NCBI GenBank assembly: GCA_019749875.1
Contig: JAIEPK010000090.1
Location: forward strand, 1 to 60,117
DNA length: 60,117 bases
Direction: 5' to 3'
From: Candidatus Binatia bacterium
Lineage (GTDB): Bacteria; Desulfobacterota; Binatia; UBA12015
Under the pieces are notes generated by a model that made no database searches, was not told the DNA's origin, and saw only the letters and a list, made by a program, of their open reading frames with translations. A program made the position numbers and the translations under genes. Each line of letters begins with the position of its first letter. Position 1 is the stretch's first letter. This document shows positions 51,179-60,117 of the stretch, in pieces.

Positions 51179-51823
51179 CTACGGCATCCCGACCAGCTTG
51201 TGCGTCTGCAGACTGAGGCGCCAGCGCGGGTGACGGCGGCAATAGTCCAGCGCCTGCGCCGTGCTCTGCTCGCGCTCGGGACCGTCGAGCGGCTGCAGAT
51301 AGAGCAGCTCGAAGGAGAGGTGCTCCACGTCGGCGGGGTCGACGTCGTGCGGGTAGACGAGCTTGAGCTCCTGACCGCGCGTCACGACGAGCGTGGAGTT
51401 GGGCTTGGGGCTCACCGTCAGCCAGTCGATGCCGGGCGGCGGGGGAATGGTCCCGTTGGTCTCGACTGCGACCTCGAAGCCGGTCGCATGGCAGGCGCGG
51501 ACCAATGCCGCGTCGAGCTGCAGCAGCGGCTCGCCACCGGTGAAGACCACGTAGGGTCGCGCCCCTTCGTCGACGTCGGACGATTCCTGCCAGCAGTCGA
51601 CGATCGCCGCCGCCAGGTCGTCGGCGGTCGCGAAGCGGCCGCCGCCCGGGCCGTCGGTACCGACGAAGTCGGTGTCGCAGAACCAGCAGGCCGCGCTCGC
51701 GCGGTCCTCCTCCCGACCCGACCAGAGATTGCAGCCGGTGAAGCGGCAGAACACCGCCGCGCGACCCGTACGCGCTCCCTCGCCCTGCAGCGTGTAGTAG
51801 ATTTCCTTGACGGTGTAGGCCAC
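51179..51823 (-). CDS. queE: 7-carboxy-7-deazaguanine synthase (radical SAM, Cx14CxxC type)
   Basis: VKEIYYTLQGEG, CNLWSGREEDRASAACWFCDT, TGGEP, VETNG, VSPK and LSLQTHK. Confidence 0.95.
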   Translation of the reverse strand: MAYTVKEIYYTLQGEGARTGRAAVFCRFTGCNLWSGREEDRASAACWFCDTDFVGTDGPGGGRFATADDLAAAIVDCWQESSDVDEGARPYVVFTGGEPLLQLDAALVRACHATGFEVAVETNGTIPPPPGIDWLTVSPKPNSTLVVTRGQELKLVYPHDVDPADVEHLSFELLYLQPLDGPEREQSTAQALDYCRRHPRWRLSLQTHKLVGMP

Positions 51824-51988
51824 GGTCGATTCGTTGGTCCCGGCGGTTCTTAGATCGTCACGCCGAGCGGCGCCACCGCGGCTGCGACGGAGCCGCGTGC
51901 GACCCCGCGCTCGAAACATCCCTGGTATCGACGCGCCGATCACGCAGACTGAGCGACGATCTTCAGCTCCAAGGAGGAAGCAGCTTCC

Positions 51989-53506
51989 GTGCAGGACCAG
52001 ACGAGCGCTCAGAGGCGCATCGCGATCATCGGCTCGGGATTCTCGGGGCTCTGCCTCGCCATCGAGCTCAAGGCGGCCGGCATCGACGACTTCACGATCT
52101 ACGAGAAGGACGATCGCGTCGGCGGCACCTGGCGAGACAACACGTACCCCGGCGCGGCATGCGACCTGCCCTCGTTCGCCTACTGCTTCTCGTTCGAGCA
52201 GAAGACGGACTGGTCGCGAAAGTGGTCGCCGCAGCCCGAGATCCAGGACTACCTGGAGCACTGCGCCCGCAAGTACGGCCTGCTGCCGCATCTGCGCTTT
52301 CGGACCGAGATCGCGAGCGCGACCTTCGACGACGACGCGGCGCGGTGGCGGCTCGAGACGACGTCGGGGGAGCAGATCGAGGCCGAGGTGCTGATCTGCG
52401 CCGTGGGCCAGCTCAACCGGCCGTCGCTCCCCGACATTCCGGGCCTCGCGACCTTCACCGGAGAGCGCTTCCACTCGGCGCGCTGGAATCACGCCTACGC
52501 CCTCGAAGGCAAGCGCGTCGCGGTCGTCGGCAACGCCGCGAGCGCCATCCAGTTCATCCCCGAGATCGCACCGCGCGTGGCCAGGCTGACGGTCCTGCAG
52601 CGCAGCGCGAACTGGCTCTTGCCGCGCAACGACCGAGCGTACTCGGAGCGCGAGAAGTGGCTGTTCCGCAACGTCCCGGGGCTCGCGAAGCTCTACCGCT
52701 GGTGGATCTGGCTCACCTACGAGCTGCGCTTCCCGGCCTTTCTCGGCAATCGCTTCATCGCCAAGCAGACGCGCAAGCTCGCCGAGCAGTACATCCACCA
52801 GGTCGTTGCCGACCCGTCGATGCGCGCAGCGCTGGTGCCGGACTACCCGGTCGGCGGCAAGCGCATCCTGATCTCGGACGACTACTACCAGGCGCTGGTG
52901 CGACCGAACGTCGAGCTGGTGACGAGCGGCATCGATCACGTCGAGCCGGACGGCATCGTCACGCGCGACGGCGTCAAGCACGCCTGCGACGCGATCGTCC
53001 TCGCGACCGGCTTCGAGTCGACGCGCTTCCTCGCACCGATGCGCATCACCGGCCGGGGCGGGCGCAAGCTCGACGATGACTGGCGTGACGGCGCCCGCGC
53101 CTATCGCGGCATCACCGTGTCGGGCTACCCGAACCTCTTCTTGACCTACGGCCCGAACACGAACCTCGGGCACAACTCGATCGTGTTCATGATCGAGTGC
53201 CAGGCGGGCTACATCGTCCAGGCGATCCGCATGCTGATCGAGCGTGACCTCGCGAGCCTCGACGTCAAGCCCGACGTCCAGCAGGCGTTCGACGCGCAGA
53301 CGCAGCGCGAGCTGAGCCGCACGGTGTGGGCCCGCACGCCGCACAGCTGGTACAAGACCGCGTCCGGCCGCATCACCAACAACTGGTCGGGCACGACCAC
53401 GCGCTACTGGTGGGGAACACGCCACTTCGATGCCGAGTGCTACGAAGCCGTGCCCCGCGCTGCCCTCGCCGCACGAGCGGAACGCACCCGCGCCGACGCG
53501 GCGTGA
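51989..53506 (+). CDS. Flavin-containing (Baeyer-Villiger-type) monooxygenase
   Basis: GSGFSG, GGTWRDNTYPGAACD, fingerprint FTGERFHSARW, GNAASAIQ, ATGF and GPNT. Confidence 0.92.
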   Translation: MQDQTSAQRRIAIIGSGFSGLCLAIELKAAGIDDFTIYEKDDRVGGTWRDNTYPGAACDLPSFAYCFSFEQKTDWSRKWSPQPEIQDYLEHCARKYGLLPHLRFRTEIASATFDDDAARWRLETTSGEQIEAEVLICAVGQLNRPSLPDIPGLATFTGERFHSARWNHAYALEGKRVAVVGNAASAIQFIPEIAPRVARLTVLQRSANWLLPRNDRAYSEREKWLFRNVPGLAKLYRWWIWLTYELRFPAFLGNRFIAKQTRKLAEQYIHQVVADPSMRAALVPDYPVGGKRILISDDYYQALVRPNVELVTSGIDHVEPDGIVTRDGVKHACDAIVLATGFESTRFLAPMRITGRGGRKLDDDWRDGARAYRGITVSGYPNLFLTYGPNTNLGHNSIVFMIECQAGYIVQAIRMLIERDLASLDVKPDVQQAFDAQTQRELSRTVWARTPHSWYKTASGRITNNWSGTTTRYWWGTRHFDAECYEAVPRAALAARAERTRADAA

Positions 53507-53560
53507 TCCCGGTGCGGGCGCCGTCCACCGTGCCGCCTTCGAGGCGGCCGCGACGACGCC

Positions 53561-55273
53561 TCAGCGGGACTCCACCTTCGCGGCGCCGCGCGCCGGAGCG
53601 AACTCGTCGCCCGGCCGCCACGACGGCGCGCGATCCGCGTCGGCGACGGACAGCCCGGTCTGGAACAGCAGGCGCGCGTCGTCGACCATGCCGTTCAGAT
53701 CCCACGACGGATCCCAGTCGTCGCTCGCCTGATGGTAGTTGCGCTCGACCCACGCATCCACCTTGTCTCGTCCCCACTCCGCCGGCTTTCCGGCGTAGAG
53801 CACGCCCGGACGCGGGAACAGCGCCGGCACGCCGGCGCGCGCGAAGTTGAGCTGGTCGGAGCGGTAGAACATGCCGCGGTCGGGGAACGGATCGTCCGCG
53901 ACGGTGCGATCCTGCAGCGCGGCGGCGACCGCGAGGTGCTCGTCGAGCGACGACTTGCCGAGGCCGACCACGCCGATGTCGGTGGTGCGACCGAAGACGT
54001 TGCCGCCGTCGACGTTCAGGTTCGCGACCAGGCGCGACACCGGGACGGGTGCATGCTTGACGAAGTACTCCGAACCGAGCAGACCTTGCTCTTCGGCGGC
54101 GACCGCGAGGAAGAGGATCGAGCGGCGCGGCGGCGCCGGCAGTGCAGCGAATGCGCGTGCGATCGCGAGCAGCTGCGCCACACCGGCCGCGTTGTCCAGC
54201 GCGCCGTTGTAGATCTCGCGCTTGCCGTCGGGCGACGTCTTGATGCCGAAGTGGTCGTGGTGCGCGCTGTACACCACGATCTCGTCGGCGAGCTGCGGAT
54301 CGCTGCCGCGCAGCACGGCGCCGACGTTCGCCGTCGCGTAGCGGCGGACGTCGTTCTCGAGCGCGAGCGACGTCGTGACGCCGAGCGGTACCGGCACGAA
54401 GTCGCGCGAGCGTGCCGCGGCGACCATCTGGTCGAGATCGCGACCCGCGAGCGCCGTCACGCTCCGGGCGGCTGCGTCGGTGATCCACGCCTCGACGACC
54501 AGGCCGCGGCCCTCGGGCGTCTCGGCGAGGCGCGAGTTCTCGCCCGTCCACGACGTCCGCACGGTCTGCCACGGGTAGCCGGCGGAGCGCGGCGTGTGCA
54601 CGATGATCGCGCCGACCGCCCCCTGCCGCGCGGCACTCTCGAGCTTGTACGTCCACCGACCGTAGTAGAGCCGCCGGGTGCCGCCGAACAGCGCCGGATC
54701 CCAGTCCGGGTCGTCGTTCAGCAGCAGCAGGATCTTGCCGCGCAGGTCGGCTCCCTTGAAGTCGTCCCAGTCGTACTCGGGCGCCTGGATGCCGTAGCCC
54801 GCGAAGACGAGCTCGGCGTCGCGGACCTCCGCCCGCGGCGCGGCGACGCCGCTCGATGCGACGAAGTCCGTGCCGTCCTCGAGCGCCGCCGACCGGCTGC
54901 CGGTGCGAAAGCTCCAGCGCCGTGGCGCGTGCGTGACGACGCCGAGCAGCGCGACCGGCTGCTCGTACGCGCCGCCGGGGAAGGCCGGCTCGAGACCCAG
55001 CAGAGCGAGCGTACTGGCGAGGTAGAGGCGCGTGAGGACGTCGCCGCGCGTGCCCGGGCCGCGGCCCTCCAGCGCATCGTCGGCGAGAAAGCGAATCGGT
55101 GCCGCCAGCACCGAAGCGGTGACCACCTGCTCGGCGCGCTGGGCCGGGTTCGTGCCCGACGCGCCGTCGCGGCGCGCGGCCCGCGTCACACATCCCGAGC
55201 TCGGGAGTGCGACGCAGGCCGCCAGCAGCAGCGCGGCGGGCGCGCGCGTGAGCGTGAGGCCAGGGCGGATCAG
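53561..55273 (-). CDS. M28 family peptidase with PA domain, probably exported (start uncertain)
   Basis: LADDALEGRGPGT, VFAGYGI, YYGRWTYK, SAHHDHFG, NGALDNAAG, AEEQGLLGS, YRSD and YHQASD; signal-like N-terminus. Confidence 0.85.
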   Translation of the reverse strand: MIRPGLTLTRAPAALLLAACVALPSSGCVTRAARRDGASGTNPAQRAEQVVTASVLAAPIRFLADDALEGRGPGTRGDVLTRLYLASTLALLGLEPAFPGGAYEQPVALLGVVTHAPRRWSFRTGSRSAALEDGTDFVASSGVAAPRAEVRDAELVFAGYGIQAPEYDWDDFKGADLRGKILLLLNDDPDWDPALFGGTRRLYYGRWTYKLESAARQGAVGAIIVHTPRSAGYPWQTVRTSWTGENSRLAETPEGRGLVVEAWITDAAARSVTALAGRDLDQMVAAARSRDFVPVPLGVTTSLALENDVRRYATANVGAVLRGSDPQLADEIVVYSAHHDHFGIKTSPDGKREIYNGALDNAAGVAQLLAIARAFAALPAPPRRSILFLAVAAEEQGLLGSEYFVKHAPVPVSRLVANLNVDGGNVFGRTTDIGVVGLGKSSLDEHLAVAAALQDRTVADDPFPDRGMFYRSDQLNFARAGVPALFPRPGVLYAGKPAEWGRDKVDAWVERNYHQASDDWDPSWDLNGMVDDARLLFQTGLSVADADRAPSWRPGDEFAPARGAAKVESR

Positions 55274-56774
55274 GCGAACAGGTCCATGACGAAGTCGTTC
55301 AGGTCGACCGCGACGCTCTTGGTGCGCGTCAAGTAGTTGACCATGCCGACGCCGTTCTCGCGCCCGTAGCCCGACATCTTGTAGCCGCCGAACGGGCAGC
55401 TGGTCTCGATGCGGTGGTAGGTGTTGATCCACACGCTGCCGGCCTTCAGCCGGCGCGCGAGCTTGTGGGCGCGCTTCAGGTCGTTGGTCTGGATGCCGGC
55501 CGCGAGGCCGTAGACGATGTCGTTCGCCTTCGCGAGCACGTCGGCCTCGTCCGAGAACTTCAGCACGCACGCGACCGGACCGAAGATCTCCTCCTGCGCG
55601 ATGCGCATCTTGTTGTCGACGTCGACGAACACCGTCGGCTCGAAGTACTGGCCGCGGGCGTACTGCTCGCCGGCGGGCTTCTTGCCGCCGCAGAGCATCT
55701 TCGCACCTTCCTCCTGGCCGATCTTCACGTAGCGCGACACGCGGTCGAACTGCTCCTGCGAGACCAGCGGGCCGAGCTGCGTCATCGGATCGAACGGATC
55801 GCCGATGCGGATGGCGCTCGCGCGCGCGACCAGCTTGTCGACGAACTGGTCGTGGATCTTCTCGTGCACGAAGATGCGCGAGCCCGAGGTGCAGACTTGC
55901 CCGCAGTTGGTGAAGATGCCGAACATCGCGTTCGCGACCGCACGGTCGACATCGACGTCGTCGAAGATGATGTGCGGCGACTTGCCGCCGAGCTCGAGCG
56001 TCACCAGCTTGAGATTCGAGATCGCGCCGCGCGCGACCTCCTGCCCGGTCGTGGTCTCGCCGGTGAAGGCGATCTTGTCGACGTCCGGGTGTGCGGCGAG
56101 CGCCGCTCCGGCGGTCGGACCGAAGCCCGGCACGACGTTGAACAGCCCGTCGGGTGCGCCCGCTTCCTGGAAGAGCTTCGCGAGCTCGAGCGCGCTCATC
56201 GGCGAGACTTCGGCCGGCTTCAGCACGACGGCGTTGCCGCACGCGATCGCCGGCGCGGTCTTCCACGCCGCCATGATGAGCGGGCCGTTCCACGGCGTGA
56301 TGCCGCCGACCACGCCGAGCGGCTCGCGCAGCACGTAGTTCAGCGACTCGCCGGGCATCATCGAAGGATTGACCTCGCCCTGGATCTTGCTCGCCATCCG
56401 GCCCAGTACTCGAACACGTCGACCGCCTGCATCGCGGTGCCCATCGTCCAGAGCTGCGGGCCGCCCATGTCGAGCGATTCGACCGCAGCGAGGTCCATCA
56501 GGCGATCCTGGATCAGCTTGCCGACGCGCAGCAGCAGCTTGCCGCGCTCCTGCACGGGCAGCTGCGACCAGACGTTCTCGTAGCAGGCGCGCGCCGCGGC
56601 GACGGCCTTGTCGATGTCCGCCGCGTCGCCTTCGGCGATCTCGCCCACGACCTCGCCGTTTGCCGGATTGGTGGTCAGGAACGTCTTCCCGGACGCGGCC
56701 GGGACGAACTTGCCGTCGATGAAGAGGTCGTAGCGGCGCACGTCGGCCGCGCTCTCTGCAAGCTGTGTCGTCAT
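55270..56774 (-). pseudogene. Aldehyde dehydrogenase with a single-base frameshift near 56398
   Basis: N-part (LFIDGKF, NPANGE, FEYWAG) in frame 56358..56774; rest (REPLGVVGGITPWN, LKPAE, FTGET, LELGGKSP, GQVC, EEIFGPV) in frame 55270..56928. Confidence 0.85.
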
Positions 56775-56951
56775 GTCGATGGCTCTCCCGCGGCCGTGGC
56801 TGCGGCCGGTGCTCTGTAGCGGGCGCTACCCTCGCCCGGCTATCAGGATCGTGCGCGGGGTCCAAGGGGATCGCCCCGACGAAGCAGCACGGGCGCGGGC
56901 GGCGACGCTTGTCCGCGGCGGAAACCATCCGCTACCGTCGGCGCCGTGTCG

Positions 56952-57995
56952 ATGCCCCGCCCCGCCGCCCACCTGCCCGAGATCGACATGGTCAAGGGGG
57001 TGGCCATCATCGGCGTCACGCTGATCCACTCGACCGTTCTCGGCGAGGACACGTGGCCGATGATGCTGCTGTTCGTGCACGCCGTGCCGATCTTTCTCGT
57101 GCTGTTCGGCGCGAACTCGGAGTCGTGGTTCAGCCGGCGGAGCCCGCGCGGGCGCGCGCTGCTCTGGTACGAGCGTGGCGTGAAGCGAATCCTGGTGCCG
57201 GCCTGGGCGACGGTCGCCGTCTGGTGGGTGCTGGTCCTGACCTTCGAGCCGCCGTCGGTTCGCGTCACGATCAGCCTGCCCTTCTACCATGCGTTCGGCT
57301 ACCTGAAGCAGGTCGGCACCGGCTGGTTCATCACGGTGATCGTCCAGCTGGTGCTGCTGTTCCCGCTCTTCCACCGCTTCGCGCAGCGACGCGGGATCGG
57401 CTGGCTGGTCGCGATCTGTGGGCTCGTCACGCTGGTGACGCTGATCTGGATCATGCAGATCCGGCAGACGCTCGGGCTCGCCGGCTGGATGGCGCTGTCG
57501 CCGCGCTTCTTCCTTCACGTCGCGTTCGGCATGCTGCTCGCGCCGTACTTGAGCCGGCTCGGCGGCGGAACGCTCGCAGTGTCGGCGGTCACCTACGTGC
57601 TGCTCGCGGTGATCGCCGCGCGGACGCGCTTCAGCGTCTGGGCGCCGATCGCGAACCGCCTGCTCGAGCTGCCGCTGACCATCCTGCTGCTCGCCGGCAT
57701 GCGCGCGCTGTCCGATCACGACCGGCTGCGCGACGGCCTGTCGTGGCTCGGCCGCCACTCGCTCGGCCTCTATCTGGGCCAGCTCCTGACCCACAACGCG
57801 TTCCTGTTCGCGCTCGGCGGCCAGTGCACGATCTACGGCTGCAAGGGCGGACTGTTCGACACCTTCAACCTGTGGATCTACACGGCTGTGCTGTTCGCCG
57901 GCTCGGTGCTCTTCCTGCACCTCGGCAACGAGGCGCTGCGCCTCGTCGCGTCGCTGCGCGAGCGCGGGCTGCCGGTTCCGGATCTGTCGACCTGA
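56952..57995 (+). CDS. Acyltransferase family 3 membrane protein
   Basis: EIDMVKGVAIIGVTLIH, AVPIFLVL.G, KRILVP, WFI..IVQL and WLGRHSLGLYL; multiple TM segments. Confidence 0.82.
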   Translation: MPRPAAHLPEIDMVKGVAIIGVTLIHSTVLGEDTWPMMLLFVHAVPIFLVLFGANSESWFSRRSPRGRALLWYERGVKRILVPAWATVAVWWVLVLTFEPPSVRVTISLPFYHAFGYLKQVGTGWFITVIVQLVLLFPLFHRFAQRRGIGWLVAICGLVTLVTLIWIMQIRQTLGLAGWMALSPRFFLHVAFGMLLAPYLSRLGGGTLAVSAVTYVLLAVIAARTRFSVWAPIANRLLELPLTILLLAGMRALSDHDRLRDGLSWLGRHSLGLYLGQLLTHNAFLFALGGQCTIYGCKGGLFDTFNLWIYTAVLFAGSVLFLHLGNEALRLVASLRERGLPVPDLST

Positions 57996-58036
57996 CGCGC
58001 GACGCCGTGCTAGGCGCGGCGAAGGAGGGAACGTCC

Positions 58037-59125
58037 ATGGCCGGCAACGAGCGCATCTTCTCCTGCGACGACCACATCGACCTGTGGGCGCTGCCGCCCG
58101 ACCTCTGGCAGGCGCGGATGCCGGAGACGCTGCGCGCGGGCGCGCCGCGCGTGGTCGAGGCCGGTCCGATGAAGCTGTGGAAGGCCGGCGACAAGGTGCT
58201 CGGTCCGAGCGGTCTCACGATGGCGCAGTACAGCGCGATCGCGCGCGCCGGGCTGCCCGACGACGACGGGCTACGCGCCAGCACGCCGGAGCTGCGCCTC
58301 TCCGACATGGACCGCGACGGTATCTGGTCGTCGGTGATCTACGGCCCGTCGCTGCTCGGCCTGCAGATCGACGACGTCGAGCTCAAGGCCGCGTGCCTGC
58401 GCGCGTACAACGACTGGGCCGCGGAGTTCAACGCGATCGACCGCGAGCGCCTGTGCGTGCTGCCGGTGCTGCCCGCGCACGACGCGACGGCCGCGGTCGC
58501 GGAGCTCGAGCGCATAGCGCTGCTCGGCCACCGCGGCGCGATTCTCTACTGCTTCGAGACGCGCATCATCGACCCGCAGTGGGAGGCGCTCTGGCAGGCG
58601 GCGGCGCATCACGAGCTGCCGATCAGCTTCCACATCGGCGGCGGCGGCTCGCTGATCGACCTCGACCCCGCGAGCTGGAAGCTCGCCGCGTGGGCGGCGA
58701 TCACGCCGATGCAGATGGACGAGCCGCTGGTGGCAATGGTCCTGTCGGGTGCGCTCGAGCGCAACCCGAAGATGCGCCTCGTGCTCGCCGAGGCCGGCAT
58801 CGGCTGGGTGCCGTACGTGATCGAGCGCATGGACGCGTCGTTCGCGAAGCACGGCGCGTCGGCGAAGGACTACCGCATCAAGCAAAAGCCGAGCGAGATC
58901 TTCGCGCAGCAGGTGCTGGTGACCTTCGAGGAGGAGCCGCTCGGACCGAAGCTCCTGCCGCTGATCGGCGCCGACAACGTGATGTGGGCGTCCGACTATC
59001 CGCACCCCGACAGCCCGTTCCCGCACTCGCAGCAAGCCATCGAGGAGGCGTTCGCGGGTCTCGATCCGGCGCTGCGTCGCAAGGCAACGGGCGAGAACTG
59101 CGCGCGCCTCTACCATCTCGCCTGA
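58037..59125 (+). CDS. Amidohydrolase family 2 protein
   Basis: AAGGAGG RBS; SCDDH, RLSDMDRDG, AYNDW, ISFHIG, LAEAGIGWVP and MWASDYPHPDS. Confidence 0.9.
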   Translation: MAGNERIFSCDDHIDLWALPPDLWQARMPETLRAGAPRVVEAGPMKLWKAGDKVLGPSGLTMAQYSAIARAGLPDDDGLRASTPELRLSDMDRDGIWSSVIYGPSLLGLQIDDVELKAACLRAYNDWAAEFNAIDRERLCVLPVLPAHDATAAVAELERIALLGHRGAILYCFETRIIDPQWEALWQAAAHHELPISFHIGGGGSLIDLDPASWKLAAWAAITPMQMDEPLVAMVLSGALERNPKMRLVLAEAGIGWVPYVIERMDASFAKHGASAKDYRIKQKPSEIFAQQVLVTFEEEPLGPKLLPLIGADNVMWASDYPHPDSPFPHSQQAIEEAFAGLDPALRRKATGENCARLYHLA

Positions 59126-59156
59126 CGCGACCTCCCGGCACCCCGACACGAAACGA

Positions 59157-59972
59157 TTGGAGAAGACGTTGCAGTTCAAGGACCTCTCGTACGAGCAGGA
59201 CGGACACGTCCTCACGCTGACGCTGAACCGCCCCGAGCGCATGAACGCGCTCAACTTCAACCTGCTGAAGGTCGAGCTGCCCGAGGCCCTTCGGCGCGCA
59301 CGCGAGGACGCGAGCGTCCGCGTGGTGATCCTCACCGGTGCCGGCGAGAAGGCCTTCTGCTCGGGCGCGGACCTGAAGGACGCGGCCGAGACCGGCTCGA
59401 TCGGCGGCACCAAGGGCCCCTCGCAGGGTCCGTACTACCGCGGCACGCCGACCGACTTCCTGCACGTCGGCTTCGACAAGCCGGTGATCGTCGCGGTCAA
59501 CGGCATGTGCCTCGGCGCCGGGCTGCACTTCGTCGCCGACGGCGACCTCGTCCTCGCGGCGGATCACGCGACGTTCTTCGACACGCACGTGCGCGTCGGT
59601 CAGGTGTTCGCGCTCGAGTCGATCGGCCTCATGCGCCGCATGCCGTTCGGCGAGGTGATGCGCATGATGCTGCTCTCGGGGACCGAGCGCCTCGACGCGC
59701 AGGCCGCGCTGCGCATGGGGCTCGTGAGCGAGGTCGTGCCGCGCGCCGACCTGCTGCAGCGCGCGCAGCAGCACGCCGCGACGATCGCGGAGTTCTCGCC
59801 GGCGACGATCGCCGCGAGCAAGCGCGCCATGTGGGAGGCGCTCGACCGCGGCCTCTTCGACGCCCTCGAGAACGGCTGGCGCTACATCTACGCGCACTGG
59901 GATCACCCCGATTACGTCGAGGGCCCGCGCGCGTTCGCGCAGAAGCGTAAGCCCGAGTGGAAGGTCGACTGA
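59157..59972 (+). CDS. Enoyl-CoA hydratase/isomerase (crotonase) family protein
   Basis: LTLNRPERMNAL, LTGAGEKAFCSGADL, KPVIVAVNG and EGPRAFAQKRKPEW. Confidence 0.9.
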   Translation: MEKTLQFKDLSYEQDGHVLTLTLNRPERMNALNFNLLKVELPEALRRAREDASVRVVILTGAGEKAFCSGADLKDAAETGSIGGTKGPSQGPYYRGTPTDFLHVGFDKPVIVAVNGMCLGAGLHFVADGDLVLAADHATFFDTHVRVGQVFALESIGLMRRMPFGEVMRMMLLSGTERLDAQAALRMGLVSEVVPRADLLQRAQQHAATIAEFSPATIAASKRAMWEALDRGLFDALENGWRYIYAHWDHPDYVEGPRAFAQKRKPEWKVD

Positions 59973-59975
59973 GCG

Positions 59976-60117
59976 TCAAGCACCCGGCGGCAGGCGGACC
60001 TCCCGCCTGCCGCGCAGCGACGCCGGATCGAAGTGCCGGAGCAGCTCGCGCGGCGTGACCTCGGCGACGCCGTCCGCGACCAGCCCGAGCAGCCGCGCGA
60101 GCTCCGCGACCAGCGAC
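59976..60117 (-). CDS. C-terminus of an unknown gene cut by the window edge
   Basis: Open frame ...SLVAELARLLGLVADGVAEVTPRELLRHFDPASLRGRREVRLPPGA-stop with host-like codons; contains the 11-bp inverted repeat at 59987-60013. Confidence 0.5.
   Translation of the reverse strand, partial: SLVAELARLLGLVADGVAEVTPRELLRHFDPASLRGRREVRLPPGA

Noticed and set aside
51824-53425. Apparent long N-terminal extensions or fusions in the ORF track (queE 748 aa, proC 750 aa, arnB 613 aa, amidohydrolase 786 aa)
   Set aside because: The extensions overlap other real genes in different frames or strands and lack motifs; true starts are downstream

Overview
This is a very GC-rich, gene-dense bacterial chromosome segment that is mostly housekeeping and metabolic. 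Gene content (tandem CoA-transferases, LLM oxidoreductase, amidohydrolase, DUF507 pair, deltaproteobacterial-type nuo and trmD loci) suggests Candidatus Binatia or a related deltaproteobacterial lineage; this is inference only. In order it holds: an AsmA-like gene; a class III CoA-transferase pair; a disrupted AAA-ATPase/TPR regulator; a repeat lipoprotein; a complex I peripheral-arm cluster in the order nuoB-G-I-C-D-E-F with no membrane subunits, flanked by a metallothionein-like ORF and a 100-aa unknown ORF; an arnB-C-(split A)-D-T cluster; a phasin-like gene; a run of ldcA remnant, serine hydrolase, mpl, Maf-YggS fusion, proC, yggT and an FmdB-like gene; a DUF507 pair; groES-groEL; ffh-rpsP-khpA-rimM-trmD-SPOUT-rplS-bactofilin; peptide ABC genes plus metF; a His-tailed unknown ORF with MBL nuclease and ATP-dependent DNA ligase; LLM oxidoreductase, htpX, SRPBCC and lon; a REP-like palindromic repeat; queE; a Baeyer-Villiger-type monooxygenase; an M28 peptidase; a frameshifted aldehyde dehydrogenase; an acyltransferase, amidohydrolase and crotonase. 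I saw no rRNA, tRNA, CRISPR array, transposase or phage genes. I cannot prove a new system from sequence alone. The best leads are the membrane-arm-less, reordered nuo module with two extra small genes, the Maf-YggS fusion, rimM lacking a canonical start while in frame behind the khpA stop, and the His-tail/MBL nuclease/ligase trio. All family assignments come from motif recognition by eye, not from database searches.
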